Positions 45,329 to 58,719 of a stretch of DNA of 64,000 nucleotides are shown in pieces. A program made the translations under genes and the position numbers. Source of the DNA: Octopus vulgaris (Eukaryota); NCBI GenBank assembly GCA_951406725.2, contig OX597834.1:14756001-14820000 (forward strand), written 5' to 3'. Every line of letters starts with the position of its first letter. Positions within the stretch are counted from its first letter, which is position 1. Under the pieces are notes generated by a model. It had not been told where the DNA came from, did not search any database, and was given only the letters and a program-made list of their open reading frames with translations.

Positions 45329-46199
45329 TTCAGAATTTTATATATATATGTATGTAGAGAGTGATACGAAAGCAAGATAAATGCATTAACAAGCGCTTGC
45401 ACACGGGCACGTGTGTATGTCTGTGTTTGTGATTACGTAACGAATACAGAGATACAGCGAAATAAATAAATAAATAGAAATAGATAGAAAGATAGATAGA
45501 TAGATAGATATATTTGTGTATGTCGTTAAAGTACATTTACTTATCGCAATAACGGCCTATACTCATACATATTTTATTGTGACAGGGAAATATTAAACTG
45601 CTTAACACGCTGGCACATGAGAATTGATGTACATCACAGTTTATTGTTTTAAACGTGGAATTGCCTGTATAAGTTAACGATAAGTTTGACAAACAGGGAT
45701 GTATAGTTCATATGGTTACATGTTGATGCTGTTAAGTATCTGTTATTTTCCAAGTTTTGGGTAAAAATTTGTAATTCTTGAAGGTAGAAATTCTTTCTCC
45801 AAAGTAATATAAATTTTACTCTATTATTGTGTGATTAAAATAAATATATCAGACATAATAATGGAACAAACTCAGCAATGGTTATTAAGGCGTTGTTTTC
45901 AGGGTATCGTCCCAAGCAGTGATGGCATATGCCTAACGTAGGGGTCCTGAACTGGGGCCCATATGACACTTCAGGTTTAAGATTTCATCGTTAAATTTTG
46001 TGAGATATGAAATGTTTTCACTTCTACAACACACAAAATATTTTAGCAATTTTTTTATACAATTGTAAATAATATTTAATTATAGCTATATAATAGGATT
46101 TGTTAAACATTGAATAATTATGAGGGTCCAAAGAAAATAGGAATCAAAAGGGTTCATATGTAAGAAGTCACTGAGAAAAACTGGCCTAAAGGAACAACG

Positions 46200-46657
46200 G
46201 CTTTAAGGACACTTCAAACTTAAAATCTTCAAAGCCACAGTCGAACCAATTCTACTATATGGCTCAGAAACCTGGACGTTATCAACGAAGCTCGAGAGGC
46301 GGTTAAATGGAACCTACACTCGCCGCCTTATGAGAGCTCAAAATCTCTCGTGGAAGCGTCATCCAACCAAAATGCAAATATATGGGAAACTACCTGTGTC
46401 ATCTCTTGTGAAAGGTAGGAAAGTCCAGTTTGTTGGACATTGTTGTAGAGCTGAAAACGATGGAATTTCTTCTCTTCTCCTCTGGAAGCCATCTACTCGC
46501 GATACCAGAGGGCGCACACTCTCCTACCCTGATGTAATCTCCAGGGATACAGGCATCCAGCAACAGGACCTCCGTAATGCTATGATGGACCGTGAAGTCT
46601 AGCGTAGTATGGTAAATTCCGTTGTCTCGACCACGGTCGAACAATGATGATGATGAT
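46200..46657 (+). mobile_element. RTEX/RTE-type LINE, 3' fragment
   Basis: LKIFKATVEPILLYGSETWTL..VQFVGHCCRAE..LLLWKP..RGRTLSYPDVISRD..AMMDREV*; (TGA)n tail. Confidence 0.9.
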
Positions 46658-47747
46658 TAAGGGAATCAACAATTATAGACATCCTACGCCTGTTTCAAGT
46701 GTTTCTAACTCTGCAAGGAATTTTATAATTACGAATTACATCTACCCACTCCCAAGTACTGAACAGCGAGATTTGGACGCAGGTGGTTAAGCCCCGGAAC
46801 AGACACGGCTAAAGATTTGATTCAACTTTCCTAAAGTTTCATCAAAACACTGCTCACTCTTGGTGCTTTTCTTATCGACCTGGAAACAACGAAAATCAAA
46901 TTTGGCGACAGCAGCATTTGAACTCGGAACGCAGAAAGTCGGTACGAATGGCACGAGAAATTCTATCCAACATTCTAACACTTCTATGGGTTGATTTTAT
47001 CAAAGATGTTGTGTGACTATCAAAATTATACTAATCATATCGGCAAAAGAGACCGATAGACTAAGTACTAGGCTTACAAAGAATAACTCCTATTGTGAAT
47101 TTCTTCGACTGAAAAGGTGCTCCCACATGGCCGCAGTCAAATGACTGAAATAAGTAAACGAATAAAATTGTAAAAGAATATCAGAAATAGAGTGGTAAAG
47201 TTTATTTGCCAACTAATATGGCAATCCTATACAAGACGTTGTTACTTTTATTTAGCCCCAGGAAAACATCTTTTCCGGTTGGCTACCGGCACACAGGCTT
47301 GCGGCATACATTTTGTGTGCCGAAAACCAACTGGGAAAGATGATTTCCTTGGGCTATATAACAGTGAGAACATCCTTGCATAGGATTGCCACATTATGTT
47401 GGCAAATATACTTTACTATTCGGTATTGTTACTCCGTATCTCTTGCACAGAAGTCTAAAAAAAGTAGAATAATTCTATCAAAAAACATTGATTTTAGAAA
47501 ATCTTACTCATTATTCGAGAAATACATTTCTATTGAAATTATATTCTCTTTACAAACAATACTGCCTAGAGGGCGATTGTGTTTTGTTTTTCACTTATTT
47601 CAGTCACTGGATTGTGGCCATGATGGGGCAGAGTCTTGAAGGGTTTCAACCGAATAAATCAACCCCTGTAATTATTTTGTATCAATATATACTCCTTATT
47701 CAACCAGTTATTTTTTTCTGAACCACTATGTTTTGCAGATGTAAACA

Positions 47748-47912
47748 GGCGCAGGAGTGGCTGTGTGGTAAGTAGCTTGCTAACCAACCACATGGTTCCG
47801 GGATCAGTCCCACTGCGTGGCATCTTGGGAAAGTGTCTTCTGCTATAGCCCCGGGCCGACCAATGCCTTGTGAGTGGATTTGGTAGACGGAAACTGAAAG
47901 AAGCTCGTCGCA

Positions 47913-47987
<75 letters not shown>

Positions 47988-48199
47988 ATGTTTCGGTGTC
48001 TGTGTTTGTCCCCCTAGCATTGCTTGACAACCGATGCTGGTGTGTTTATTTCCCCGTCACCTAGCGGTTCGGCAAAAGAGACCGATAGAATAAGTACTGG
48101 GCTTACAAAGAATAAGTCCCGGGGTCGATTTGCTCGACTAAAAAAAGGCCGTGCTCCAGTATGGCCGCAGTCAAAATGAGTGAAACAAGTAAAAGAGTA
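47748..48199 (+). mobile_element. Family C SINE nested in an older antisense family C copy
   Basis: Full-length copy. The host is seen at about 47592-47746 and resumes at about 48200-48220 (ACCAACACGCGTTGTC). Confidence 0.9.
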
Positions 48200-49294
48200 T
48201 ACCAACACGCGTTGTCGAAATCTGGGATGCACACACTAAAAATCCCTCTATGGTGCTACTACAGCATGGCCGCAGTTAAATTACTAAAATAAGTAAAAGA
48301 ATATATATGTTTGTATGCATGTATATATGTATGTATGTATGTATGTATGTGCGTATATATATACTCAGCAGCCCTCCAAACACTTTCCGTCTAACAAATA
48401 TTCTCATAAGGCACTGGGCAGCCCAGGAATATAATAGAAGCTACTCGCACATTGGTTGACTACGAATTCCCTATTCCTGGTAGAGGACAACGCTGAATCT
48501 GTCGAATGACAAACCTCTAATTCTTGGGTTTGTTTGCTAGTTGTTGGTGGTGACAGTTCAACAAAGTCGGAAAACAAATCGTACCTCAAACCCTTTTACG
48601 ATACGGAGATGAAAGTGTTGCCGGTCCCCACGAAGCACAATAGTTGCAGTAAAATTTATAATCATGAGAAGAGGACTGATAGTGAAGCATATAAATGTAA
48701 GCTGCTGACATAACAAATATAACTACAGGAAATAAGGGAAAATTCTCCACTGGGGAGAATATACTAAAGACATAGCAAAGTCTAAATTGATCAGAATCTT
48801 CAAAGACAAGATATTAAATAAATCCAGTGAAAGATAAACAAACAATAAAAACAAACAGTAGTAAAACGAAGAGACGCCACAGATTTACAGACATGAAATA
48901 TACTACAATAGAAGCTACCAACGCAATCATGGCAGAGTTCTTCTGCCAGAAATACAAATATTCTTCAATGAATATAGTTTATACTAAAAAGATAGTCCGT
49001 GTGTCAGACTTATGGAAAATTCTTCAAGGGAAAATATTAGTTATCTAGAAATATGTATGAGAGGAGAAAAATATATATTCCCTATAATACGAACAGCATA
49101 ATAATTTTCTCATGAGTAAGGAAAAAAAAAATCACGGATAAATCAAAATGAAATATAAGGAAACATATTTCACCATTGGCTAAATAAAATGCAATTATTT
49201 GAAGAAAACAACTGCAAGCAAGTACGTGTATGCATACATACATACATAAATACATACATAAATACATACATACATACATACATACATACATACG

Positions 49295-49327
<33 letters not shown>

Positions 49328-49820
49328 GTGTGTGTGTGAAGAAAATGATATATATAATATATAATTATACATATATATATAGTATGATATATATATATAT
49401 ACATAAATATATATAAATATGACATCTATGTGTATATAAAATTATATATATGTATATATATAGTATGATATATAAATATATATAAAATATATATAAATAT
49501 GATATATATATAAAATAGGATATATATATAAAATATGATATATATATGATATATATTTATGTGTGTATATATATTTATATTTGTATAAGCATATATATAT
49601 ATATATGCATATATACATACATATATATATATATTTATAGATTTATATATGCACACGCATACATATATGCACTTACATATATAAATACATACATACACAC
49701 AAATATGTCTATACATACATATATGAATATCATATATAAGCACATACACGCACATACATAAATATATATATATATATATATATGTATGTCTATATACATA
49801 TATTTCTATATATAATTATA

Positions 49821-49872
<52 letters not shown>

Positions 49873-49907
49873 TTTCTGTACGTAGATATGTGTGTATGTG
49901 TGAGTAT

Positions 49908-49958
<51 letters not shown>

Positions 49959-50173
49959 TGTGAGTGTCTGCACATACCTACATTTCAGACTAGAGAATGA
50001 AGTAAGGACAGATAAAGCTGCAAGGAAAAAACCTACAGAAGATGTAATTTGCTATTATTGTTTCGTCCAAAAATTGTTAACTAACTTTGCTCACTCAAGA
50101 AAAAAGGGAAGTTTGAGAACACAAAATGGTGAACGATGACAGAACCGCAGCAGTAGTAGTAGTGGTGTCAGTG

Positions 50174-50231
<58 letters not shown>

Positions 50232-50302
50232 CATTATTATTATTATTATTATTATTATCATTATTAGCATTATCATCATCATTATTATTATTATTAGTTG
50301 TT

Positions 50303-50356
<54 letters not shown>

Positions 50357-50592
50357 TCCATAATACCAAACTACTTTTAAGAAGAAGAAAAAGAAGAAGA
50401 GAAGAAAAAGAAGAAAAAAAGAAGAAAAAAGAAGAAGAAGAAGAAGAAGAAGAAGAAGAAGAAGAAGAAGAAGAAGAAGAAGAAGAAGAAGAAAATTTAT
50501 TAGTTCGGGAATAATTTTATACCAATAAATACTCAAAGAAAAATAGTACTTCGGCCGATGTAGTATTACGCTGATATAGGATGTTGCCGGAT

Positions 50593-50656
<64 letters not shown>

Positions 50657-50660
<4 letters not shown>

Positions 50661-50797
50661 TTTGTTGCCAACAGGGGGCTAAACATAAAAGGAACAAACA
50701 AGGACGGACAAAAGAATTAAGTCGATTATATCGACTCCAGTGCGTAACTGGTACTTATTGAATCGACCCCGAAAGGATGAAAGGCAAAGTCGACCTC
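50657..50797 (-). mobile_element. 3' half of a family D SINE
   Basis: Ends at GTCGACCTC; the complementary 5' half is at 53031-53125 in the opposite orientation. Confidence 0.85.
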
Positions 50798-51047
50798 ACC
50801 TGTCCTCCCCTTTACACTTCATATTGACATTTCTGTGATAACGATCCCTATTGATCAATTTTTTTTTCCTCTCCCCCCTTTTTTTTAACCCCCCTTTTTT
50901 TTGTCCTCTTTCTCTCCTTTTACGATCCCTTTTGATCGAAACTCCCCTTCCTTTTTTTCTTTTTTTTTTTTTAAACCTTCAAAAGAAAAGCTCTACCTTG
51001 TAATTTGTTCTATCTGTGTGCAGCCCTGTGTGGCTAATAAAGAAACA

Positions 51048-51086
<39 letters not shown>

Positions 51087-51496
51087 GACGAAGCAACCTT
51101 GACTATGATCCTATGAACCATAAAAATTGATACAGAGCGTTGCTTATTTGTAAAATAAATATAACATGTGACTTCATTGACCGAGGTTACCTTGGTCTTT
51201 TCCGTAGGATTTTCTTTCCACGGGTAAACCTCACCTGTCTTTCCTTTACACTTTATATTGACATTTCTGTGATAACGATGCCTATTGATCGATTTTTTTC
51301 CTATTATTTCTATTTCCACCCCACTTTTTATGCTTTTATTTGTTTTTTGCTTTCCTCTTTCTTTCCATTTACGATCCCTTTTGATCGAAAACCAGCCCAC
51401 GTTTTTGTTTGTTTTCTTTAATCCACAAAAAGAAAAGCTCTACCTTATAATTTGTCCCGTCTGTGTGCAGCCCTGTGTGGCTAATAAAGAAACATA
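50793..51496 (+). mobile_element. Two tandem 5'-truncated Tx1/L1-like LINE 3' ends separated by (ATCT)n
   Basis: Both end GCAGCCCTGTGTGGCTAATAAAGAAACATATCT. The second begins at 51085 with DEATLTMIL*, matching the ORF2 end at 52231. Confidence 0.85.
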
Positions 51497-51497
51497 T

Positions 51498-51807
51498 CTT
51501 GTGTATGGTGAGCTGGAAGTTGGTAGGAGACCAGAACATGAGCCCAAAATGAGGTTCACGGACTGCTTCAGAATTGATCTGGTACAGACAGGAGTTTCAA
51601 TTGTTTATTGGTTGAGGGCGGCACAAGATCGGGATGGATGGGGGAAGAGAGTGCACAGTGAAAGAGAGAAAATGAAACGTGAGAAGATTACGAGACAGCT
51701 TAGAAGGAATGAACCTTTGGAAAGTGAGGGAGTGTTGACTTGTGTGTGCTTGATTTGTAGAGGAAATGCAGGCCTGATGAGACATCAGTGAACTCACAGA
51801 GATCAAC
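51498..51807 (+). mobile_element. RTE LINE C-terminal fragment
   Basis: LVYGELEVGRR..PKMRFTDCFRIDL..W..AAQDRDGW..C..C..GLMRHQ*TH. Confidence 0.8.
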
Positions 51808-51834
51808 TTCCAGACCACCATACACAAGATAGAT

Positions 51835-52790
51835 ATGTTTCTTTATTAGCCACACAGGGCTGCACACAGATAGAACAAATTACAAGGTAGAGCTTTTCTT
51901 TTGAAGGTTTAAAAAAAGAAAAAAAAAAAAAAAGAAGGAAGGGGAGTTTCGATCAAAAGGGATCGTAAAAGGAGAGAAAGAGGCCAAAAAAAAGGGGGGT
52001 TAAGAAAAAGGGGGGAGAGAAAAAAAAAAAAAAAAAAAAAAAATTTATCAATAGGGATCGTTATCACAGAAATGTCAATATGAAGTGTAAAGGGGAGGAC
52101 AGGTGAGGTTTACCCGTGGAAAGAAAAGCCTACGGAAAAGACCACGGTAACCTCGGTCAATGAAGTCACATTTTATATTTCTTTTTTTTTTTTTTGCAAA
52201 TAAGCAACTCTCTGTTTTCGATTTCTGGGTTCATAGGACTATGCTCAAGGTGGCTTCGTCATTCATACGTGCCATTCTTGCTACATTCACCCATCTTTTT
52301 TTAAAACATTCGCTAGACAAAACTTGCCTCTCTACTCTCACTTTCCTTTTCAAGTGGTACTTGAAGAAGTTGATGAGAGATTGACCAGAGAGGAAAGTGT
52401 TTGTCTCCAATCCTTTCAGACGCGTCCACCAGATACATTCTTTCGCCATAGCCACAAGGATGATGAAAATAGCTCTTCCTTCCCGTTTGAAGGAAGGAGG
52501 CGTGACAATATTGACGATAGACTCAGCTGATAAACCGACTCGTCCCACACGTGACAGCAGTTGTTCGACATAAGCCCACAGGTCGGAAATTGTTGGACAC
52601 TGAACGAGTGCGTGCAGAACGGTTGATAGGTAGGTAGATAGATAAGTTTCTTTATTGGCCACACAGGGCTGCACATAGATGGGACAAGTTACAAGGTAGA
52701 GCTTTTCTTTTGGGGGATGAAAAAAACAAAAAACAAAGGAAAAAAAGGGTTGGTGTAGGTTTTCGATCAAGAGGGATGGTAAAAGGGAAG
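51835..52790 (-). mobile_element. Tx1/L1-clade LINE: ORF2 C-terminus + 3' UTR (51835-52624), preceded by another 3'-end copy (52645-52790)
   Basis: Open frame 52231-52622, TVLHALVQCPTISDLWAYVE..AKECIWWTR..F..RW, is typical of the L1/Tx1 zinc-knuckle tail; the copies are linked by TATCTATCTACCTACCTATC. Confidence 0.85.
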
Positions 52791-52950
52791 AAAAGAACAA
52801 AAAATAAATAAATAAATAAATAAATAAAAAATAAATAAATAAAATAAAAAATAAAAAGAATAAAAAGAAAAAAAGAAAAGGAAAAGGAATAAAAGAAAAG
52901 AGGAATGAAAAAAGAAGAAAAAAGGGGGAAAAAAAGGGGAAGAGGAAAAA

Positions 52951-53029
<79 letters not shown>

Positions 53030-53030
53030 T

Positions 53031-53125
53031 AAGGGCAGAGGGCTGCCAGTATCGTTAGCACGTCGGGCGAAACCCTATCGGTATTTCGTCTCCCTTTACG
53101 TTCTGAGTTCTAATTCCGCCGAGGT
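53031..53125 (+). mobile_element. 5' half of a family D SINE
   Basis: ATCGTTAGCACGTCGGGCGAAA..GGTATTTCGTC..TTCCGCCGAGGT; stops where the 50657-50797 half begins. Confidence 0.82.
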
Positions 53126-53180
53126 GAACAATATCCGTATCGCAATTTACAAGTGGTTGATTTCTGTGAGTTCACTGATG

Positions 53181-53440
53181 TGGACAGATAGAATGTGCAA
53201 ACGGGACAGGAGCAACCTGTGGAAATATGTGCCTTTCAGTTGAGGCATTGAAAAGGGAATGTCAAAGTGTTCATACTGTAGCATCTGTTCCTTCTGCCAG
53301 GCAGCACGGCTTTGCATTATGCAATAGAATGTGCAAATATGTCGCCAGGCTCAAGCGTCATACAACGGCCTCACATTGCATCAACTCGACTGACTTCAGT
53401 GATATTTCCTTGCAATGAGTTTCATCGCAATTACAAAACA
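53181..53440 (+). mobile_element. Possible second RTE-type C-terminal fragment
   Basis: LKRE..LCNRMCKYVARLKRH..H resembles the terminal zinc-finger-like motif of RTE elements. Confidence 0.4.
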
Positions 53441-53869
53441 GTTATTGATAATTTCAAGCTTTCAGATAAGTTAAATTGGCAGATTTTTTAAAGCATGCCG
53501 TGTATCTCCAAGAAGTCTTGCAGTCTCGGGCCATACGTTAGATGTATTCAAAAGGCAGAACATCTTGACTATAAGGAAACGTGAGAATAAAGAGAATAAA
53601 CTAGAAGGAAAAACATGTGAAATTTGATGCAAAAACTGGAGCGTGAAGAAAGAAAACACACACGCGCGCACACACACACACACATATATATATCTATATA
53701 TATATATATATATGAGTACAAGCATATATACATATATGTATATATAGATGTTGTGTACATGCTTGTGTGTATATATATGTGCATGAATATAAACGTGTGC
53801 CTATATGTGTCTGCCTATATAGGAATATACATATTCATGCACATAAATATATATGTGACTGTATACATA

Positions 53870-53964
<95 letters not shown>

Positions 53965-54379
53965 ACACACAGATGAGAAATGGTAACCTTGAAACCTGCT
54001 GCTAGACAGTTCAAAATAATATCCTCTTAATGAGATTGTATGGACAGATGGAAAATACATGGTATACGATTGATATATTAAAGTATACAAACATCAATGT
54101 ACACAGTATTTAAATATCTCGTTTGAATGCAGCGGCTGGTCAGACAGGTTAAAACATTGAATATTTCTTAGAGACAACTGAGACGAGATGTGACTGATCT
54201 TAAAGGGTCAGCTTTCAATTATTTCATCTCGGTACGACATCTTATAACTTTCTTCATCGGGGAAAGAAATATATTGAAAATATTCTTAATAGCAATACAC
54301 CTCAACGCTTCTCTATGTCTATGTATATCTTTGATAAATATAAATACTTATATTTATGTATATGTATGTATATATGTAA

Positions 54380-54432
<53 letters not shown>

Positions 54433-54807
54433 ATTATAAATGTATATATATACATAATTAATACCTACCTAAATGTATACGTGTTTGTATATTTTCAAAT
54501 GTATATATATATATATATAATTACTATTTATATATATATATATATACGTATGTATAATTATATATAATTATATATATATATATAGAGAGAGAGAGATGTT
54601 TATATGTATGTGTGTGTAAATAAATACATTTTGTATGGATATAGAAATATGTATATATATGTGTGTACAGATATATACATATATATATATTTATATATAC
54701 AAATATCATATATATATACAAATATATATGTATATATATATAGAGAGAGATAGAAAGATAGATAGATAGATAGTCAGATAGATAGATAAATATATATATA
54801 TATATAG

Positions 54808-54884
<77 letters not shown>

Positions 54885-55119
54885 TAGATATAGATATTTG
54901 AGAAGTCACGGTTCAAAATTTACAACAGCTGTTTCGGTAGAATTTCATTTTATACTCATAACTGCATATAAACTTTGTATGGATCTTCTTTACCCTCGGC
55001 GTAAATACAATCTGTTCTCCTTCGGATCTACGGTTTAAATCGTATGTGGACTTGAATATTTCTACAGTATCCTGACAAGACCCTCACTGTTGAATGCCTG
55101 CATACACACACAAAGACGA

Positions 55120-55166
<47 letters not shown>

Positions 55167-55296
55167 AAAAAGTAGAAAATGGCGAATAACTTAGATTTAC
55201 AAATCAATTGGAGCACATCTGTACCTTATTATTATTTAATACAAATCTTGAAGTAACATAACATATATGTGACATACCTTATAAATACATACATAG

Positions 55297-55347
<51 letters not shown>

Positions 55348-55702
55348 CATATTACACACGCACACACACACACACACACACACTTACACACACAAACACA
55401 CATAACCGAAGAGATGGTGTTGTGGATTTCCACCTACGCATCCGAAACTCAGAGTTTTATCTTGGCTATTAAACAATGGTAAGATATTAATTTACATATA
55501 TATATATATATATATATATATACATGCAGGGGCTGCATCGTAGAATCGAAGCATCAAAATTTTGAGTATCTATAAAACCGGCAGCAGCTTGCTTATTTTT
55601 ATGGGGTTTTTTTATTTATTATTAGTTTCGCTTAATATGTTTTGCTGAAATTGCCGTTTCTTTTCAGATATCATCAGAGAGACGTAATTAATATTCGTTA
55701 AA

Positions 55703-56125
55703 ATGACAGATCTATCGGACTTTCAAATAGGTCAAATTACTTGTGCTTGTATGACAGGTGCTAGCGTAACGAAAACAGCTGAAATATTTGGTGTATCAAG
55801 AATTACTCTCTCGAAAGTAATGACAGCTTTTGGAAAAGAGAGAAAAACGTTTTCGTCGAAACAAAACTCTAGGAGAAGGTCAAAATTTTCAAATAGGGAC
55901 CATCGGACTCTTATGCGAATTGTTAGAAAGGATCACAAAAGTACATCTCTCAAAATTACTGCAGTGATTAATGACCACCTTGAGAACCCGGTTTCCACAA
56001 AAACTGTTCACAGAGGGGTTTGCACAATGTCGGATTTCACGCGAGGGCTGCAGTCAGCAAACCACTACTTTCAAAAACAAACGTTGCCAAGCGTTTAGTG
56101 TGGTGTAAAAACCTACAGAATTGTT
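55703..56125 (+). pseudogene. Tc1-family transposase, N-terminal DNA-binding region, frameshifted and truncated
   Basis: MTDLSDFQIGQI..GASVTKTAEIFGVSRITLSKV..RTLMRIVRKDH..VSTKTVHR, frameshift, LHNVGFHARAAVSKPLLSKTNVAKRLVWCK. Confidence 0.88.
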
Positions 56126-56840
56126 CCCGAGAAAACAGAAGTGAGATATTTAAGGATATTTCATCTGCTGTTCCATTATTCAAGCAGAGTCCTATACATA
56201 TAAGTTTTCTGTACCTTGTGGGTGAGTTCCAATGGTTTTTATAATTGGTCATATATATTGCTTCGTGTCTATGGATGCAAATAGACGAAAATATTTGTCT
56301 TTAGAAAGTAGGAGTTTTGTACATATATGCGCACCTCTAACTTAACCTTTCAGTATGCTAACGGATCACCATCATACGATACTTAAAATCCTCATTATCG
56401 TTCCTCTCTCTCTCTCTCTTCAATGTCAAACACCGGCCTACGTACGAGCAAATATATAATTTTGACTTGCTCTATACAAAACTTTGCCTTCGATAGCGAA
56501 CCCACCAATCTGTAAATAAATGTATTAACTCTGAAATATTGAAACGTATCTCTGCCTTAACTCCATTCCAGCTGACTTCATCTACGTGGAAAACACGTTC
56601 CTACACAGCGTAGTTGGTCATTCACAATCAAATCAGGCAGTCACCATGCGTTTCTTTCACACTCCTCTTAATCTATATTGTGCCTAAATGTATAATACAC
56701 ATACAAACACACGCATATATATATGTTCTCTTTTAGAGAGACTTAGTTATTTTAATATTTCTATTATTGAAAACAAGTGGATGTATTCCACCGAAACTAG
56801 GTAAATAAAACCATCGAACAGGGATTGTCGGAAGCGACAC

Positions 56841-56911
56841 CTACTGGCTGGCTACGCTGCATTGAAAAGGGGCAATACCCCGAAACGCGTCTGTAGTTGC
56901 CGGTCAAGTAG
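56841..56911 (+). ncRNA. Putative type I hammerhead ribozyme (U3-A8 variant, minimal palindromic stem III)
   Basis: Stem I CTGCA(56857-61)/TGTAG(56892-96); core TTGAAAA; stem II GGGG-CAATA-CCCC; GAAA; stem III ACGCGT; cleavage triplet GTC (after 56891); outer stem I TGGCTGGC/GCCGGTCA and CTAC/GTAG. Confidence 0.7.
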
Positions 56912-57062
56912 TGTGGAGCGACTGACCTCCCTTGTTCGAAGGTTATATGGATACAGTTTGTGTATCAAATAGCTAACTTAAGGCGATGGCCTCATGGAGC
57001 TAATAAGCGGACAGCTTTTTCTTATTTTTATAAGAATGCCATATTAGTATGGCGATAACTAT

Positions 57063-57129
<67 letters not shown>

Positions 57130-57360
57130 TGTGTATATACCAATTCATATACGCACAGACATATAGACAGATACATACATACACATATTCACACATATAC
57201 ACTATACGTATATACACACAGGCGCGTGTTCAAACTAGATTTACTATTTTCATTAAACGTTTATCTTTCTCCTTCGCAGGTCGTGTTTATTCTCTCTCAG
57301 TTTCTCTCTCTTTCTCTGCCTCACTCTTGTTACTCCACTATCTCTCTAACTATCTTTCTC

Positions 57361-57415
<55 letters not shown>

Positions 57416-57694
57416 ACTTTCTTCCCCCTTACTATGTCTCTGATCGAAATGTGACGAATTTTATGTCTGTCTTTGCAGGAAAAGCTTCGTGTTTTTTGGA
57501 CAGTTATCGGCATTGGAGAGCATAAAAATGTATTCTGTACTTGAAGAAATGCTCATCGACATATAGGACTCAAACTCATCACAATAATGTCGATGTCAAT
57601 AGTCACACCGGTTTCGATATTCTGACATAATCACTGCTGCTCAATGCTCTGTGAACACTGTAAAGGTTGGACATTATGATAACTAGGTTCTCTT

Positions 57695-58072
57695 AAACTG
57701 TGATGGTCCCTGGACGTGTCTGCAATGAAGGTGACGTTATGCCTCCCCACATATTTGAACAGGTCTTTTACCTCAATTCAGATGGCTATATGTATGGCAG
57801 CAGGGTACACCTCCTTGCCTTACCTCCTGAAATTCAGAAGCGGTTGTCAAATAATTTCTACGCCTTCGCCAGCCACATTTTACAGTCTCCAAATTCCATG
57901 ATGGTAATCCGATGGATTATTATTTGTGGCAGCGGTTGACAAAGAAACTAACCGCTCAGCCTGTAAAACCAATGCTAAACGTCTAGCCAAGGTGAAGATA
58001 TTTATACGAAGATCTTCAAACTAATAGTGAGAAACTAATGCGAAAATTTCCGCAACCGACTTGAGGCTTTGG
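57695..58072 (+). pseudogene. IS630-Tc1-mariner (maT/DD37D-like) transposase catalytic-domain relic
   Basis: VMV..NEGDVMPPHIF..LNSDGY, a degenerate SP(D)..P.DYYLW motif (SPNS..NPMDYYLW) and terminal RLEALV. Confidence 0.65.
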
Positions 58073-58267
58073 TCTTAAAAATATAAAAATGTATAATATA
58101 TACAACTGAAGATGGAAAATTAAGTTAATAATTTGTTTAATTCATTCATTTAGTTTGTACATTAATCCTTAAGGCTTTGGTCTTAAAAATATAATATATA
58201 CAACTGAAGATGGAAAATTAAGTTAATAATTTTTTTAATTCATTCATTTAGTTTGTACATTAATCCT
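58064..58267. repeat. ~100-bp tandem duplication
   Basis: AGGCTTTGGTCTTAAAAATATA..GTACATTAATCCT occurs twice. Confidence 0.85.
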
Positions 58268-58634
58268 GAAACTAGTTTTAAATTGACCACACTAACTACT
58301 AAGATAGACTCAACCTATCTCCCACCACTTACATCATCATTTTCGTACGAAGGAGAAAAGTCCTTTTGTTTTCAGTTTTATTATTATTTCAAAAACAACG
58401 ACCATTCAAGACGTTGGCGCTCAGCTTTAACTGCTCTTCCTCCCTCTCTTTGTCTACATATATATATATATATATGTATACATATATCGAAAGAGACACA
58501 AACACAGAGGGAAAATGAGAGGGTATATTGATAGAAGGACAAACACATTGATAGACTACATATGTTCAGATTGAATGATATTTTGCTAGCTAGCTTGATA
58601 GATACATAGTCAGAAAGATAGATAGATAGACAGA

Positions 58635-58719
<85 letters not shown>

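Noticed and set aside
45935-46185. hAT-like MITE
   Set aside because: Ends are too degenerate and no TSD was found.
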